Source: Minisyncoccota bacterium (lineage in GTDB: Bacteria; Patescibacteriota; Minisyncoccia; Moranbacterales; UBA2206). Taken from it: a stretch of DNA of 64,000 nt. Shown here piece after piece: positions 19,356-28,329 of this stretch. A program made the position numbers and the translations under genes. The number at the start of each line of letters is the position of its first letter. The stretch's first letter is position 1. The stretch is taken from NCBI GenBank assembly GCA_031291955.1, contig JARLIA010000005.1, positions 141,224 to 205,223 on the forward strand. The letters run 5' to 3'. The notes under the pieces were generated by a model. It was not told the origin of the DNA. It searched no databases and saw only the letters and a list, made by a program, of their open reading frames with translations.

Positions 19356-20537
19356 ATGTTCAAAGAAAGGTACTTGCATTCTGCGGTTACCGGTGATCTT
19401 AGAGAAAAGATGGTTTTTATTGGTGGCCCGAGGCAGGTAGGTAAGACCACCCTGGCTCGCCAGATCGGGGAGGGTGATTACAAAAAATACGACTATCTGA
19501 GCTGGGATAACCGACAAGACAGAAAAAGAATAATCGAAGGGCAATTCAAAGCCGACGCCGATCTTCTGATTTTTGACGAGATACACAAGTACCGGCAATG
19601 GAAAAATTATCTCAAGGGAGAATTTGATCAAAACAAAGATAAATTCAACATCCTGGCCACGGGCAGTGCCAGAATGGATGTCTACCGCCGGGGCGGAGAT
19701 TCGCTCATGGGCCGGTACCATTATTATCGCTTGCATCCGTTTACTCTCGCGGAGGCCTCGGGATTAGCACCTGTTCTTACCGTCCTTAAAGAACCTTCCT
19801 TCGTCGATCCAGACAAGAACCATTTGGGCAAAGTATTTTCAGATCTTTTCCGTTTTGGCGGTTTCCCTGAGCCGTTTATAAAGAAGGATCTGATGGAACT
19901 GCGGCGTTTTCACAATGAGCGGCTTGACCGGCTCGTGAAAGAGGACATCCGCGATATTGAACAGATCCGCGATTTATCCGCCCTCCAGGTGTTGGTCGAT
20001 ATACTGCCGGAAAAAGTCGGCTCGCTCCTTTCTTTGAATTCGCTCAAGGAAGATTTGTTGGTGACGCATAAAACTGTCTCTCTCTGGATGAACGTGCTGG
20101 AGCGGTTCTATTATCATTTCCGCATCTATCCGTTCGCAGGCAGTGCCATTCGGTCTTTAAGGAAAGAGCCGAAGATGTATCTCTGGGATTGGTCGCAGCT
20201 GGAAAATGAGGCGGCCAGATTTGAAAATCTCATTGCCTCGCATCTTCTCAAAGTGGCGCATTACTTTTATGACAGGCAAGGACACAAGGTTGAACTTTTT
20301 TTCCTTCGCGACACCGACGGCCGAGAAGTCGACTTTTTGCTTACTGTAAATAGGAAGCCCTGGCTGGCCGTGGAAGCCAAGATGACCGCCAGCGAAAATT
20401 CTAATCATTTGGGTTACTTCTCCACCCGGCTAAAAATACCTTTCTCTTATCAGGTTATTAAAGAAAGCGGAGTTGATTACCTGAAGGACGCTGTTCGTTT
20501 TATCAGCGCCGATAAATTTTTGAGCGGGCTGATGTGA
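19356..20537 (+). CDS. AAA+ ATPase with C-terminal DUF4143 domain (COG1373-like)
   Basis: Walker A GGPRQVGKTT, Walker B LLIFDEIHKY, and a C-terminal DUF4143-like region. Confidence 0.7.
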   Translation: MFKERYLHSAVTGDLREKMVFIGGPRQVGKTTLARQIGEGDYKKYDYLSWDNRQDRKRIIEGQFKADADLLIFDEIHKYRQWKNYLKGEFDQNKDKFNILATGSARMDVYRRGGDSLMGRYHYYRLHPFTLAEASGLAPVLTVLKEPSFVDPDKNHLGKVFSDLFRFGGFPEPFIKKDLMELRRFHNERLDRLVKEDIRDIEQIRDLSALQVLVDILPEKVGSLLSLNSLKEDLLVTHKTVSLWMNVLERFYYHFRIYPFAGSAIRSLRKEPKMYLWDWSQLENEAARFENLIASHLLKVAHYFYDRQGHKVELFFLRDTDGREVDFLLTVNRKPWLAVEAKMTASENSNHLGYFSTRLKIPFSYQVIKESGVDYLKDAVRFISADKFLSGLM

Positions 20538-20651
20538 TGATAGAATTATTTTCTTGGCTCGGAGTGATATAGCAACAATACCCACGCGCCTTTGACGCGT
20601 GGGTATTTGTTTTGTGTCCGATTACCCGGGTCAGTTCTTGTACGCCCGAGC

Positions 20652-20870
20652 TTATCTTATCGGCTCAAAACTTATACTCTTCAAAAATTTTTCCATGTCC
20701 TCTGCTCTGAATCTAATCTGGCCCTGAATCTTGCAGAAAGGAATCTGCCTGCTTTGAACCAGCCGGTAAACGGTTCTTTTAGAAATGCTGAAATACTCGG
20801 CCAATTCCTTGGGATTCATGGCGCTTGGGAGAGGTGTATCCATAACGCTGTTATGCACACAATGGATCAA
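20652..20870 (-). CDS. Excisionase-family HTH_17 DNA-binding protein
   Basis: ELAEYFSISKRTVYRLVQSRQIPFCKIQGQIRFRAEDMEKFL is the Xis/MerR-like HTH_17 pattern. Confidence 0.6.
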   Translation of the reverse strand: MIHCVHNSVMDTPLPSAMNPKELAEYFSISKRTVYRLVQSRQIPFCKIQGQIRFRAEDMEKFLKSISFEPIR

Positions 20871-21032
20871 ACAATCCGTGTTTGATCAAAGATGCTTATT
20901 TAACCAATTAAAAAATACTACATCTAGGATATAGGATGCGCCGGGTGTTTATAAGGAGGGATTATTTGCCGGCCAAAGCAAAATCTGTCAGAAGATAAGT
21001 TCCAACATGCAAGATCAAAAAATAGGAAGGTT

Positions 21033-21242
21033 TTATGTATATTTCTTTATCGGTTCAATGCAGACCTTCCCAAGGTAATCATCCAGATCATCCTGCTTGA
21101 ACCTCAGGACGCCGGCAACCTTATAGAATCGGAACTGTCGTTTGTTTACAAGCCTGTAAAGCGTGGCTTTTGAAACCGACAAAAATTGTGCCACCTCATC
21201 CGGAGTCAATAGTTTGTTGCGTCGAGTTGAATTTGTTTCCAT
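21033..21242 (-). CDS. Excisionase-family HTH_17 DNA-binding protein (paralog)
   Basis: LTPDEVAQFLSVSKATLYRLVNKRQFRFYKVAGVLRFKQDDLDDYL. It shares a C-terminal EPI motif with the neighbouring paralog. Confidence 0.6.
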   Translation of the reverse strand: METNSTRRNKLLTPDEVAQFLSVSKATLYRLVNKRQFRFYKVAGVLRFKQDDLDDYLGKVCIEPIKKYT

Positions 21243-21606
21243 AAAAATAAATTAGAATTTATTACTTTCCACAAACAAAAAGCTGTTGCGAAAGCAGTTG
21301 CCATTTCAGGTGCCTTTACCGCTTCTCCCTATATCGCCAGCGTCACAAAATCTGTGACGCTATTGTGACAAAGAAGTGGCAAGTGCTTTCCTTAGGGGGC
21401 ACTCACAGTCACAGCAGTTTTGCCTTCAGATAAAGTGTAATTGAGATATTCGGCTTCTGCAAGGCCTTATCCGAATGCTTTCCTGACGGTTTCGATTCCC
21501 GGCACTCCGACAAATTGTATGAAATCAGACACAAATCCGGCCGACCAGGCCGGATTTGTGTTTTTTGGAAGGTTGTGCTAAGTTTGATTGTCTTATAGAT
21601 AACTCT

Positions 21607-22110
21607 ATGAAAATCGCGCGGCGACAATTCGACCAGTGGGTGGCCGAGGCCATTGAGATGGTGCCCAAAAAACTGACCCAAAACCTGGGTCGGCTGGTTT
21701 TTGTGGTGGATGACCGGCCGACGTTGGCTATCATCCGAGAATCGCGGCTCCGGCGGGGCTATGCCCTTTTTGGTTACTACCAGGGTTACGAACAGACCGG
21801 CCGGAAAAAACGGGCTGTCGAGCCGGACAAGGTTTATATTTTCCGGCGGTCCATCTGCGAGCAATACAAGACCTTGCGGGCGACTAAGGGTCAGGTGATG
21901 AAAACCGTCTGGCACGAAATTTCCCACCATTTCGGTTCTGATGAAGATGGCGCGCTCCGAGCGGAAAAAAGGATGTTTGAAAGTTATTCCCAGCAGTCCC
22001 TGGCCTACCGGACCAAGAAACGAGAGATGAAAAAGCTCACCCGGGTGAAAAAAATTCGGCAGGGCTACAAACGGAAGACAAAAGTGACTTTCCGGGTGGA
22101 AAAAGTCTAG
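21607..22110 (+). CDS. Zincin-like metallopeptidase family protein (DUF1025-like)
   Basis: C-terminal HExxH (VWHEISHHFGSDEDGA) and an N-terminal region like PF06262 proteins. The six-frame ORF starts at 21556; the probable start is ATG 21607. Confidence 0.55.
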   Translation: MKIARRQFDQWVAEAIEMVPKKLTQNLGRLVFVVDDRPTLAIIRESRLRRGYALFGYYQGYEQTGRKKRAVEPDKVYIFRRSICEQYKTLRATKGQVMKTVWHEISHHFGSDEDGALRAEKRMFESYSQQSLAYRTKKREMKKLTRVKKIRQGYKRKTKVTFRVEKV

Positions 22111-22257
22111 CGGTAAACCCGCGTAACAAAAAGCGGCCAGGGGCGTATAAATAAGAAATGGCAGCTTTGGACAACAAAACTGCTTTTGTTTATTGTATTG
22201 AAACATAATATATTTTATGTTAGTCTGACAGGGTGAATAATTATTAATCAATAATCC

Positions 22258-22641
22258 ATGAATCTCGAAGGAAAAATGATGGGATACAACAAGAAAACCG
22301 TTGTTGTCGCCATTGTCGCTGTTATTCTGGCCGTCGTTATTTTTTACGCCGGTGCGGAATACGAGAAGAACAAAATGATCCGGTTGGGACTGTGCAAAGG
22401 CGGATCCGCTTCTGTATCAGCTACCGGTGGGGCCAAGAAGCATAAGAAAAAAGTGGCGGCTCCGGCCAATGGGATGCCCGGCACTGGCACGACCACTCCC
22501 GCCCAGGGAACTACTTCTGGAACTGACACCACTGGTTCAACTTCCGGTTCAACCACTCCGAGCCAGCCAGGCAGCACGACCACTCCCGCGACTGGCAGCA
22601 TGCCGACCACTCCGACTTCGGCCACCGGCGCGACCAACTAA
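22258..22641 (+). CDS. Membrane-anchored protein with Gly/Thr/Ser-rich tail
   Basis: N-terminal TM VVVAIVAVILAVVIFYAG followed by a T/G/S/P low-complexity tail. Analogous to 9169..9711. Confidence 0.4.
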   Translation: MNLEGKMMGYNKKTVVVAIVAVILAVVIFYAGAEYEKNKMIRLGLCKGGSASVSATGGAKKHKKKVAAPANGMPGTGTTTPAQGTTSGTDTTGSTSGSTTPSQPGSTTTPATGSMPTTPTSATGATN

Positions 22642-22665
22642 GATTTAGTCTCGAGTATTTTTAAA

Positions 22666-22697
22666 AACCCACTTCCGTTTGAAGTGGGTTTTTTGTT
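22666..22697 (+). terminator. Intrinsic terminator
   Basis: AACCCACTTC-CGTTT-GAAGTGGGTT followed by TTTTTGTTT. Confidence 0.7.
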
Positions 22698-22704
22698 TCC
22701 GGAG

Positions 22705-22756
22705 TATGTTATAATAAAAGTACGTACCTTGGTACGTACGCAGAGGTACGTACTTG
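22705..22756 (+). promoter_or_regulatory. Extended -10 promoter with three GTACGTAC palindromic operator-like sites
   Basis: TGTTATAAT at 22705-22713. GTACGTAC sits at 22720, 22732 and 22746 (spacing 12 and 14), immediately upstream of the AbrB/MazE-like gene. Confidence 0.5.
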
Positions 22757-22778
22757 ATAATAAATTAAGAAAAAAAAT

Positions 22779-22943
22779 ATGGAAAAACACGTCAGAAAAT
22801 TGACCAAAACATCAACCCACAGCTTGTATGTCATCATCCCGAAAGATATTCTTGAGAAATACAAATGGCGGGAGAAACAACGGGTTGTCATCGTTGACAA
22901 AGGCCGTGGCAAAATCGAAATTAGCGATTATCGGAGCAAATAG
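22779..22943 (+). CDS. AbrB/MazE/SpoVT-family swapped-hairpin DNA-binding protein (54 aa)
   Basis: Translation is MEKHVRKLTKTSTHSLYVIIPKDILEKYKWREKQRVVIVDKGRGKIEISDYRSK. This fits the AbrB/MazE fold pattern (YxVxIPKxIR...G...V). Not in the supplied ORF track because it is under 60 aa. Confidence 0.5.
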   Translation: MEKHVRKLTKTSTHSLYVIIPKDILEKYKWREKQRVVIVDKGRGKIEISDYRSK

Positions 22944-22953
22944 CGCTTGGTCG

Positions 22954-23754
22954 TTATTTTTTCTTCCCCATTTCCTGCCGGGCGAGAACGAGGGCGTGGA
23001 CTTTTTTGGCGCCGCCGAGTTTCAAAGCGCGGGCGCATTCCAAAAGAGTGGATCCGGTGGTACAGATGTCGTCGACGAGAAGGATGGTTTTTCCTTGCAA
23101 GCCTTCGCCCTCACTCCCAGCCCCTCTCCCGAGTACGGGCGAGGGGGGATTAATAACGAAAGCGCCGGCGAGGTTTTTTTGGCGTTCGCGATAATTTTTT
23201 ATTTTCATCTGCGGCGGCGTATAAATCCGGCGCCGGATGATGTTTTTTCCAATGGGAATAATCATGCCGGGCGCGAGATTTTGGGCTAAATAATCAGCCA
23301 GTCGCTCGGCCTGGTTGAAACCGCGCCAGCGGAGACGCCGCGGGTGGAGCGGGACGGGAACAATTAAATCCGGCAAAGGCAGATCGTTTACAGTGGCCGC
23401 CCTGACCAACAAATTTCCGAGAGGAAGAGAGAGGTCTTGGACGAAGTTATATTTAAAAGCGTGGACCAGGCGCGCCAGATTTCCGTCGGCGTATTTAGCC
23501 GCCACAACTAAACTGTCCAGCGGCGGCTGGTCGTTCTTTTTGAGATAGGATATTTTACAAGCCGGACAAACCGCGCCGGTTTCGGCAAAGACTTTTTCGC
23601 AATAAGGGCAGACCTGGTCGGGGAGGATTTTTATTTTAGAAAAACACTCCGGGCAAAGCCAGACGTCGGGCGCGCCGCAAGATAAACAAGAAATAGGAAA
23701 TAAAGTGTCGAGGATGAAGTTTTTTATTTTGAGTCCAGTCAATTTTTCGGGCAA
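22954..23754 (-). CDS. comFC: ComF family protein (double zinc ribbon + phosphoribosyltransferase domain)
   Basis: N-terminal CxxC pairs (CLSCGAPDVWLCPECF, CPYCEKVF, CPACK) and a PRTase motif ILLVDDICTTGSTL. Confidence 0.7.
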   Translation of the reverse strand: MPEKLTGLKIKNFILDTLFPISCLSCGAPDVWLCPECFSKIKILPDQVCPYCEKVFAETGAVCPACKISYLKKNDQPPLDSLVVAAKYADGNLARLVHAFKYNFVQDLSLPLGNLLVRAATVNDLPLPDLIVPVPLHPRRLRWRGFNQAERLADYLAQNLAPGMIIPIGKNIIRRRIYTPPQMKIKNYRERQKNLAGAFVINPPSPVLGRGAGSEGEGLQGKTILLVDDICTTGSTLLECARALKLGGAKKVHALVLARQEMGKKK

Positions 23755-23821
23755 ATAAAAAAAAGAAATTAGATACGATTAAAATCCAAATTACAAAATT
23801 TGAAATTTGTAATTTATTTGT

Positions 23822-26416
23822 TCAAGATATTTTTATCGATTTGCCCTTAACTTCCGCTCTTATCTTTCCCTCCTTCACTTTACCATAAACAATCATTTCC
23901 GCGATCGGATTTTCCAGCATCTCGCGGACGTTTTTCCGGACCAAGCGGGCGCCTTGGTTGTCTTCGGCGCTTTCCTGGGCGATCAATTTGAGAACTTTGG
24001 GCGAGAAAGCAATTCCAATATTTTGTTTGGCTAATTTTTCTTTGAGTTTTTTCGTTTCCAATGCCGCGATTTTTTCGATGTCGGATTTTTCCAAGAGATT
24101 GAAAACCAAAATATCGTCCAAGCGATTCAGAATCTCCGGTTTAATTTTGCGCTCCAGAACTTTGAGCACGGATTTTTTCGCGCCCTTGCCTTCCTTGGAT
24201 ATTTTTCGGTTCGTTTGATCGGAAAAACCGATCCGGCTGGCGCGCGAAAGTTCGTCCGCCGCGACATTGGCAGTGAGAATGATGATCGTATTTTTGAAAC
24301 TCACTTCCAATCCTTCCGCGTCGGTCAAGATGCCTTCTTCCAGCAGTTGAAGCAGAATATTTAAAACGTCCGGATGGGCTTTTTCCACTTCATCGAAAAG
24401 GACAACTGAATAGGGATTGCGCCGGATTTTTTCGGTCAGGCGTCCGCCTTCGCCGTAGCCGACATATCCCGCGGGCGAGCCGATGAGAGCGGAAATGCTG
24501 TGACGCTCTGACAATTCGCTCATGTCCAACCGGATGAAAGATTCATGTCCGGAAAAAAAATCATGCGCCAGCACTTTGGCGGTGAGAGTTTTTCCGACGC
24601 CCATTGGCCCCAAGAAAAGAAACGATCCCAGCGGCCGGTCGGTGTTTTCCAGGCCCGAATGGGAGCGCAAAAGGGCGCTGGCGATTTTTTTCATGACCTC
24701 TTCCTGACCAATGATTTGCGAGCGCAGGACCCGCGAAATGTTTTTGATTTTTTCGGAACCGCCCCGGGCCAGTTTTTCTTGCGGGATGCCGGTGATGCCG
24801 GCCACGGTTTCGAAAATATGTTCCGCCGTGAGTTCCGGACGATTGTCTTTTTCAAAAATGGCCAGCTGGTCTTTCATAAATTTTATTTTCTCTCGTTCTT
24901 TTTTCTCGAAATTCTGGATCCGGACGGCTTTGGCATAACTTTCGTCGGCGACCAGCTTTTCTTTTTGGGCCGAAATCTCTTCCAATTCATTTTCCAGATC
25001 GGTAATTTTCAAGGACAAATCGGACAGACGGTTGCGGTTTTTGAGACGAGCGGCCGCTTCGTCGATAATGTCGATAGCCTTGTCCGGCAAGAATCTGTTT
25101 TTCACATAACGGTCGGACAGGTCCACGGCCAGGCGTATAATTTCCGGCCGAATGGTTACACTATGGAAATCTTCGTAATAAGTTTTTATTCCTAAGATGA
25201 TTTCATTGGCTTCATCCAAATCGGGTTCTTTGACGGTCACTGGCTGGAAACGCCGTTCCAACGCAGCGTCTTTTTCAATGTGCTTTTTATATTCAGCGTA
25301 AGTCGTAGCACCGATCAGTCGGATGTCTCCCTGGGAAAGAGCCGGCTTCAAAATGTTAGCCAGATCCAAAGAGCCGCTGGCGTTGCCGGCGCCAACGATG
25401 TTATGCACTTCGTCGATAAAAAGAATGATTTTTTTGTTTTCGGAAACTTCCCGCACAATCTCTTTCAGACGCGATTCGAATTCGCCCCGGAAACTGGTGC
25501 CGGCCACCAGCGACGCGATATCCAGACTCATGATAGTTTTTCCAGCGAGCGTCATCGGCGCCGCCCCGGCGTTGATGCGCCGGGCGAGTCCCATGACAAG
25601 CGCGGTTTTGCCCACGCCCGGATGGCCGACCAAAAGCGGATTATTCTTATTCTTCCGGCCCAGGATGTCGATCATGCGCTCAATCTCTTTTTCCCGTCCC
25701 ACTACCGCTTCTTTTTGAGCGGCGGCGCGCTGGTTCAAATTGGCGCAAAACTTTTGAACGTGGGCCAGGGGAGCGACTCTTCTGGTTTTTTGTGTTTCTG
25801 GATGATTGGCGAATCCATCTTGCATCGGCTGGAACGTTTCGGCGAAGTCGGGAGGCAGGATATTGGCAAAATCTTCCGGCAACAGATTCGTGAAATCCGG
25901 CGGCCAGTGGATATTTTTGAAAAATTTTTCCGAGAGTTCTTCCTGTCGGACGCCGGTCCGCTTGAGTTTCCCGGTTTTTTTGACTTTGCTTTTAGCGATA
26001 ATTTTTTGGATTTCAGCGTCCTTGGCTTCCAGGAGGGCATAGATCAGATGCTCGGTGCCGACATAACCGTAATTGAGACGTTTTGCGATCGCCCAGGCGC
26101 GGGTCAGTGTTTTTTTCAATCCCTCGGATAAACCTAAACTTATTTCCCCCCGGTTTTTTTTGCGGGTTTTGGCGCCAGTCGGATTTTTTGGCAAATAGGA
26201 CCTTAAAAAACTTTTTCTAATTCCCAGATCCCGCATAATGATCGAACCCATGCTGCCTTCCTGGGAGAAAATGGCGCAAAAAAGATGCACGTTTCTGATT
26301 TCCGATTGTTCAAAATCCCGGGCGAGGTCGCTGGAACATGAAAACGCGCGGCGAGCGTGGTTGGTCAGTTTTCCGCCCGCTTTTTGCGGAGAAATAAAAT
26401 CGTTGCTTTTTGGCAT
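23822..26416 (-). CDS. Clp/Hsp100 family AAA+ chaperone (ClpC/ClpB-like)
   Basis: Two AAA+ modules (GHPGVGKTAL and GPMGVGKTLTAKVLA, DEVEKAHPDVLNILLQLLEEG). A Clp_N-like N-terminus carries a repeat insertion (LLPEDFANILPPDFAETF). A TTGACA-N17-TAAACT promoter-like sequence lies upstream on the minus strand. Confidence 0.85.
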   Translation of the reverse strand: MPKSNDFISPQKAGGKLTNHARRAFSCSSDLARDFEQSEIRNVHLFCAIFSQEGSMGSIIMRDLGIRKSFLRSYLPKNPTGAKTRKKNRGEISLGLSEGLKKTLTRAWAIAKRLNYGYVGTEHLIYALLEAKDAEIQKIIAKSKVKKTGKLKRTGVRQEELSEKFFKNIHWPPDFTNLLPEDFANILPPDFAETFQPMQDGFANHPETQKTRRVAPLAHVQKFCANLNQRAAAQKEAVVGREKEIERMIDILGRKNKNNPLLVGHPGVGKTALVMGLARRINAGAAPMTLAGKTIMSLDIASLVAGTSFRGEFESRLKEIVREVSENKKIILFIDEVHNIVGAGNASGSLDLANILKPALSQGDIRLIGATTYAEYKKHIEKDAALERRFQPVTVKEPDLDEANEIILGIKTYYEDFHSVTIRPEIIRLAVDLSDRYVKNRFLPDKAIDIIDEAAARLKNRNRLSDLSLKITDLENELEEISAQKEKLVADESYAKAVRIQNFEKKEREKIKFMKDQLAIFEKDNRPELTAEHIFETVAGITGIPQEKLARGGSEKIKNISRVLRSQIIGQEEVMKKIASALLRSHSGLENTDRPLGSFLFLGPMGVGKTLTAKVLAHDFFSGHESFIRLDMSELSERHSISALIGSPAGYVGYGEGGRLTEKIRRNPYSVVLFDEVEKAHPDVLNILLQLLEEGILTDAEGLEVSFKNTIIILTANVAADELSRASRIGFSDQTNRKISKEGKGAKKSVLKVLERKIKPEILNRLDDILVFNLLEKSDIEKIAALETKKLKEKLAKQNIGIAFSPKVLKLIAQESAEDNQGARLVRKNVREMLENPIAEMIVYGKVKEGKIRAEVKGKSIKIS

Positions 26417-26535
26417 AAATAAATTTTTGAATTGGTTATAGTTTATTTTTAAATTGGGCGACTGTCAAGTTTGCGAAATGCGAAAATATAAAAAGAATAA
26501 CGAGCTGTGGATAACTTTTTTCTTTTCCGGAATGG

Positions 26536-27690
26536 TTGCTTTTTAAAATGTGTGGTATAATTTTTTCAGACGCTTGGAGAAGCAGGGAAATAATTCAGAA
26601 AACAAAAATGTTTAATTTTGATTTTGGCAAGAAATCTTTTCTTGGAGTTGACATCGGAGCATCGAACATAAAGATTGTCGAGTTAGGATTAAACAGCGGC
26701 AAGCCTTTTCTCTTGAACTATGCTTGGGCCTCGATTTTCGAAAGCGCTTCTGGCAATCGGCAGGTCGATTCGGAATTTTTCAAAACGGCGCTTCCCGGCT
26801 ACCTTGCAAGTATCATTAAGGAAGCTGATTTTAAAAGTAAGAGCGCGTTTGTCTCCCTTCCGTCTTTCAGCGGACTCTTGACGCTTATCAGTCTCCCTCA
26901 GATTCCAAAAGAAGACATGGAGCAGGCTATCCGGTTCGAAGCGCATAAATATATTCCGACCTCCTTGGATGATGTGGTGTTGAGCTGGGAAATTATCGGT
27001 GAAGATGCATCGACAGCTAATCAAATGGCTGTGAAAAAACAAACTTCTTCCGAAGAGAAAGAGAATGTCCAAGTGCTTTTGGTGGCAGCTTCCAAAAGCG
27101 AGATCAAGTCTTATGAAGAAGTGGTGGGGAAAGCCGGACTGGCCTTGAAGGGAATTGAAATTGAAAATATTTCTATGGTTAACTCGCTGGTCGGGAATGA
27201 TAATGGAAATTTTATTATTGTCGATATCGGGTCAAGGATTTGCAATATTATATATGTTGAAAAAGGAATCATAAAGATCAATAGGAATCTGGATGCCGGC
27301 GGATATGACTTGACCCGTACCATTGCCAAAAGTCTGGGAATTACCGAAGAGCGGGCGGAAAATATGAAACTGTCTGGACAGGATTTTTTCTCTGTTCAAT
27401 CAGAGATCAGATTCCCCGCCGTTGAGATGATTACGGGCGAACTTTCCCGTATATTGTCCATGTTATCCAAGGATGGAGCAGTTGTGGTGGATGCCATCAT
27501 TCTCTCCGGCGGCACAGCTAATTTGAAAGGATTCAGGGAATTCGTTGCTGAGAAGACCGGCTTGAAAACCATTATTGGCGATCCATTTAGCCGGGTGGGT
27601 TATGATAAAAAACTGGAGCCGGTGCTGGATAAGATAAAAACCGGTTTTTCGGTCAGCGTCGGATTGGCGCTTCGAGGTATTAATAAATGA
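26536..27690 (+). CDS. pilM: Type IV pilus assembly protein PilM
   Basis: Actin-like ATPase fold and the FLGVDIGASNIKIVEL motif. The likely true start is ATG 26608 (MFNFDFGKK). Confidence 0.8.
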   Translation: MLFKMCGIIFSDAWRSREIIQKTKMFNFDFGKKSFLGVDIGASNIKIVELGLNSGKPFLLNYAWASIFESASGNRQVDSEFFKTALPGYLASIIKEADFKSKSAFVSLPSFSGLLTLISLPQIPKEDMEQAIRFEAHKYIPTSLDDVVLSWEIIGEDASTANQMAVKKQTSSEEKENVQVLLVAASKSEIKSYEEVVGKAGLALKGIEIENISMVNSLVGNDNGNFIIVDIGSRICNIIYVEKGIIKINRNLDAGGYDLTRTIAKSLGITEERAENMKLSGQDFFSVQSEIRFPAVEMITGELSRILSMLSKDGAVVVDAIILSGGTANLKGFREFVAEKTGLKTIIGDPFSRVGYDKKLEPVLDKIKTGFSVSVGLALRGINK

Positions 27691-27747
27691 TTTCAAAAAG
27701 GAGTTATAAAGTAATTAAAAAATAATCAATAATCAAAACAAAAAAAT

Positions 27748-28320
27748 ATGAGTGATCTCAATTTGGCAACCGGGATGAATGAGCGCGTGCGCGGTCCAAG
27801 GTTGTTTACCGCATCTTTTGTTCTGTCGCTTGTAATTCTAATCATAGTCTTGGCTGTTTGGGGAGGCTTGATTGTTGGTCAGAAATATTTAGGCAGCAAG
27901 ACGGATGCCGCCCAAGCGCAATATCAAGCCGAATACCAAAATTTCCTGGCCGGCAACGCCAAAGAAGTTTTCGATTTTAGCAATCGGATCCAGATTGCAA
28001 ACACTCTTTTGAAAAATCGGGCGGACATGAGTGCGTCTCTTTCCGCCATGGAGAGGGACATTGTTCCGCCGGCCTATCTAACCTCTTTTAAGTATGATGA
28101 TACGGATAACACTTTGACGGTCGAAGGTGTGGCCAATAATTATAACACAGTAGCCAAACAAATTTTGAGTTTTAAGAATGACAATTTGTTTTCATCCGCC
28201 GCACTTGGTAATGGTAATGGCCAGAGTCAACAGGCGCAAAGCGGATCCGGAGATTCGGCTGCCGGTTCTCCTCAAGTCGGATTTTCCATTATCTTGGGTT
28301 TAAAAAATTCAAATAAATAA
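27748..28320 (+). CDS. PilN-like pilus assembly protein
   Basis: Single N-terminal TM followed by a periplasmic coiled/ferredoxin-like region. Position is between pilM and pilO. Confidence 0.5.
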   Translation: MSDLNLATGMNERVRGPRLFTASFVLSLVILIIVLAVWGGLIVGQKYLGSKTDAAQAQYQAEYQNFLAGNAKEVFDFSNRIQIANTLLKNRADMSASLSAMERDIVPPAYLTSFKYDDTDNTLTVEGVANNYNTVAKQILSFKNDNLFSSAALGNGNGQSQQAQSGSGDSAAGSPQVGFSIILGLKNSNK

Positions 28321-28329
28321 TAAAAAAAT

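Larger units (their letters stand above)
19073..21515 (+). mobile_element. Putative small integrated element or remnant inserted into tRNA-Pro(CGG), bounded by 25 bp direct repeats
   Basis: Exact 25 nt direct repeat TTCGATTCCCGGCACTCCGACAAAT at 19073-19097 (tRNA 3' end plus 5 nt) and 21491-21515. The cargo is a DUF4143 AAA ATPase and two excisionase-like HTH_17 genes. No integrase is present. Confidence 0.5.

Noticed and set aside
21409-22251. 280-aa minus-strand ORF
   Set aside because: Antisense to the zincin-like metallopeptidase gene, which has a clear HExxH. Also spans the tRNA-Pro direct repeat. Shadow ORF.
25280-26131. 283-aa plus-strand ORF inside clpC
   Set aside because: Antisense to the Clp ATPase with strong AAA+ motifs. 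Shadow ORF.
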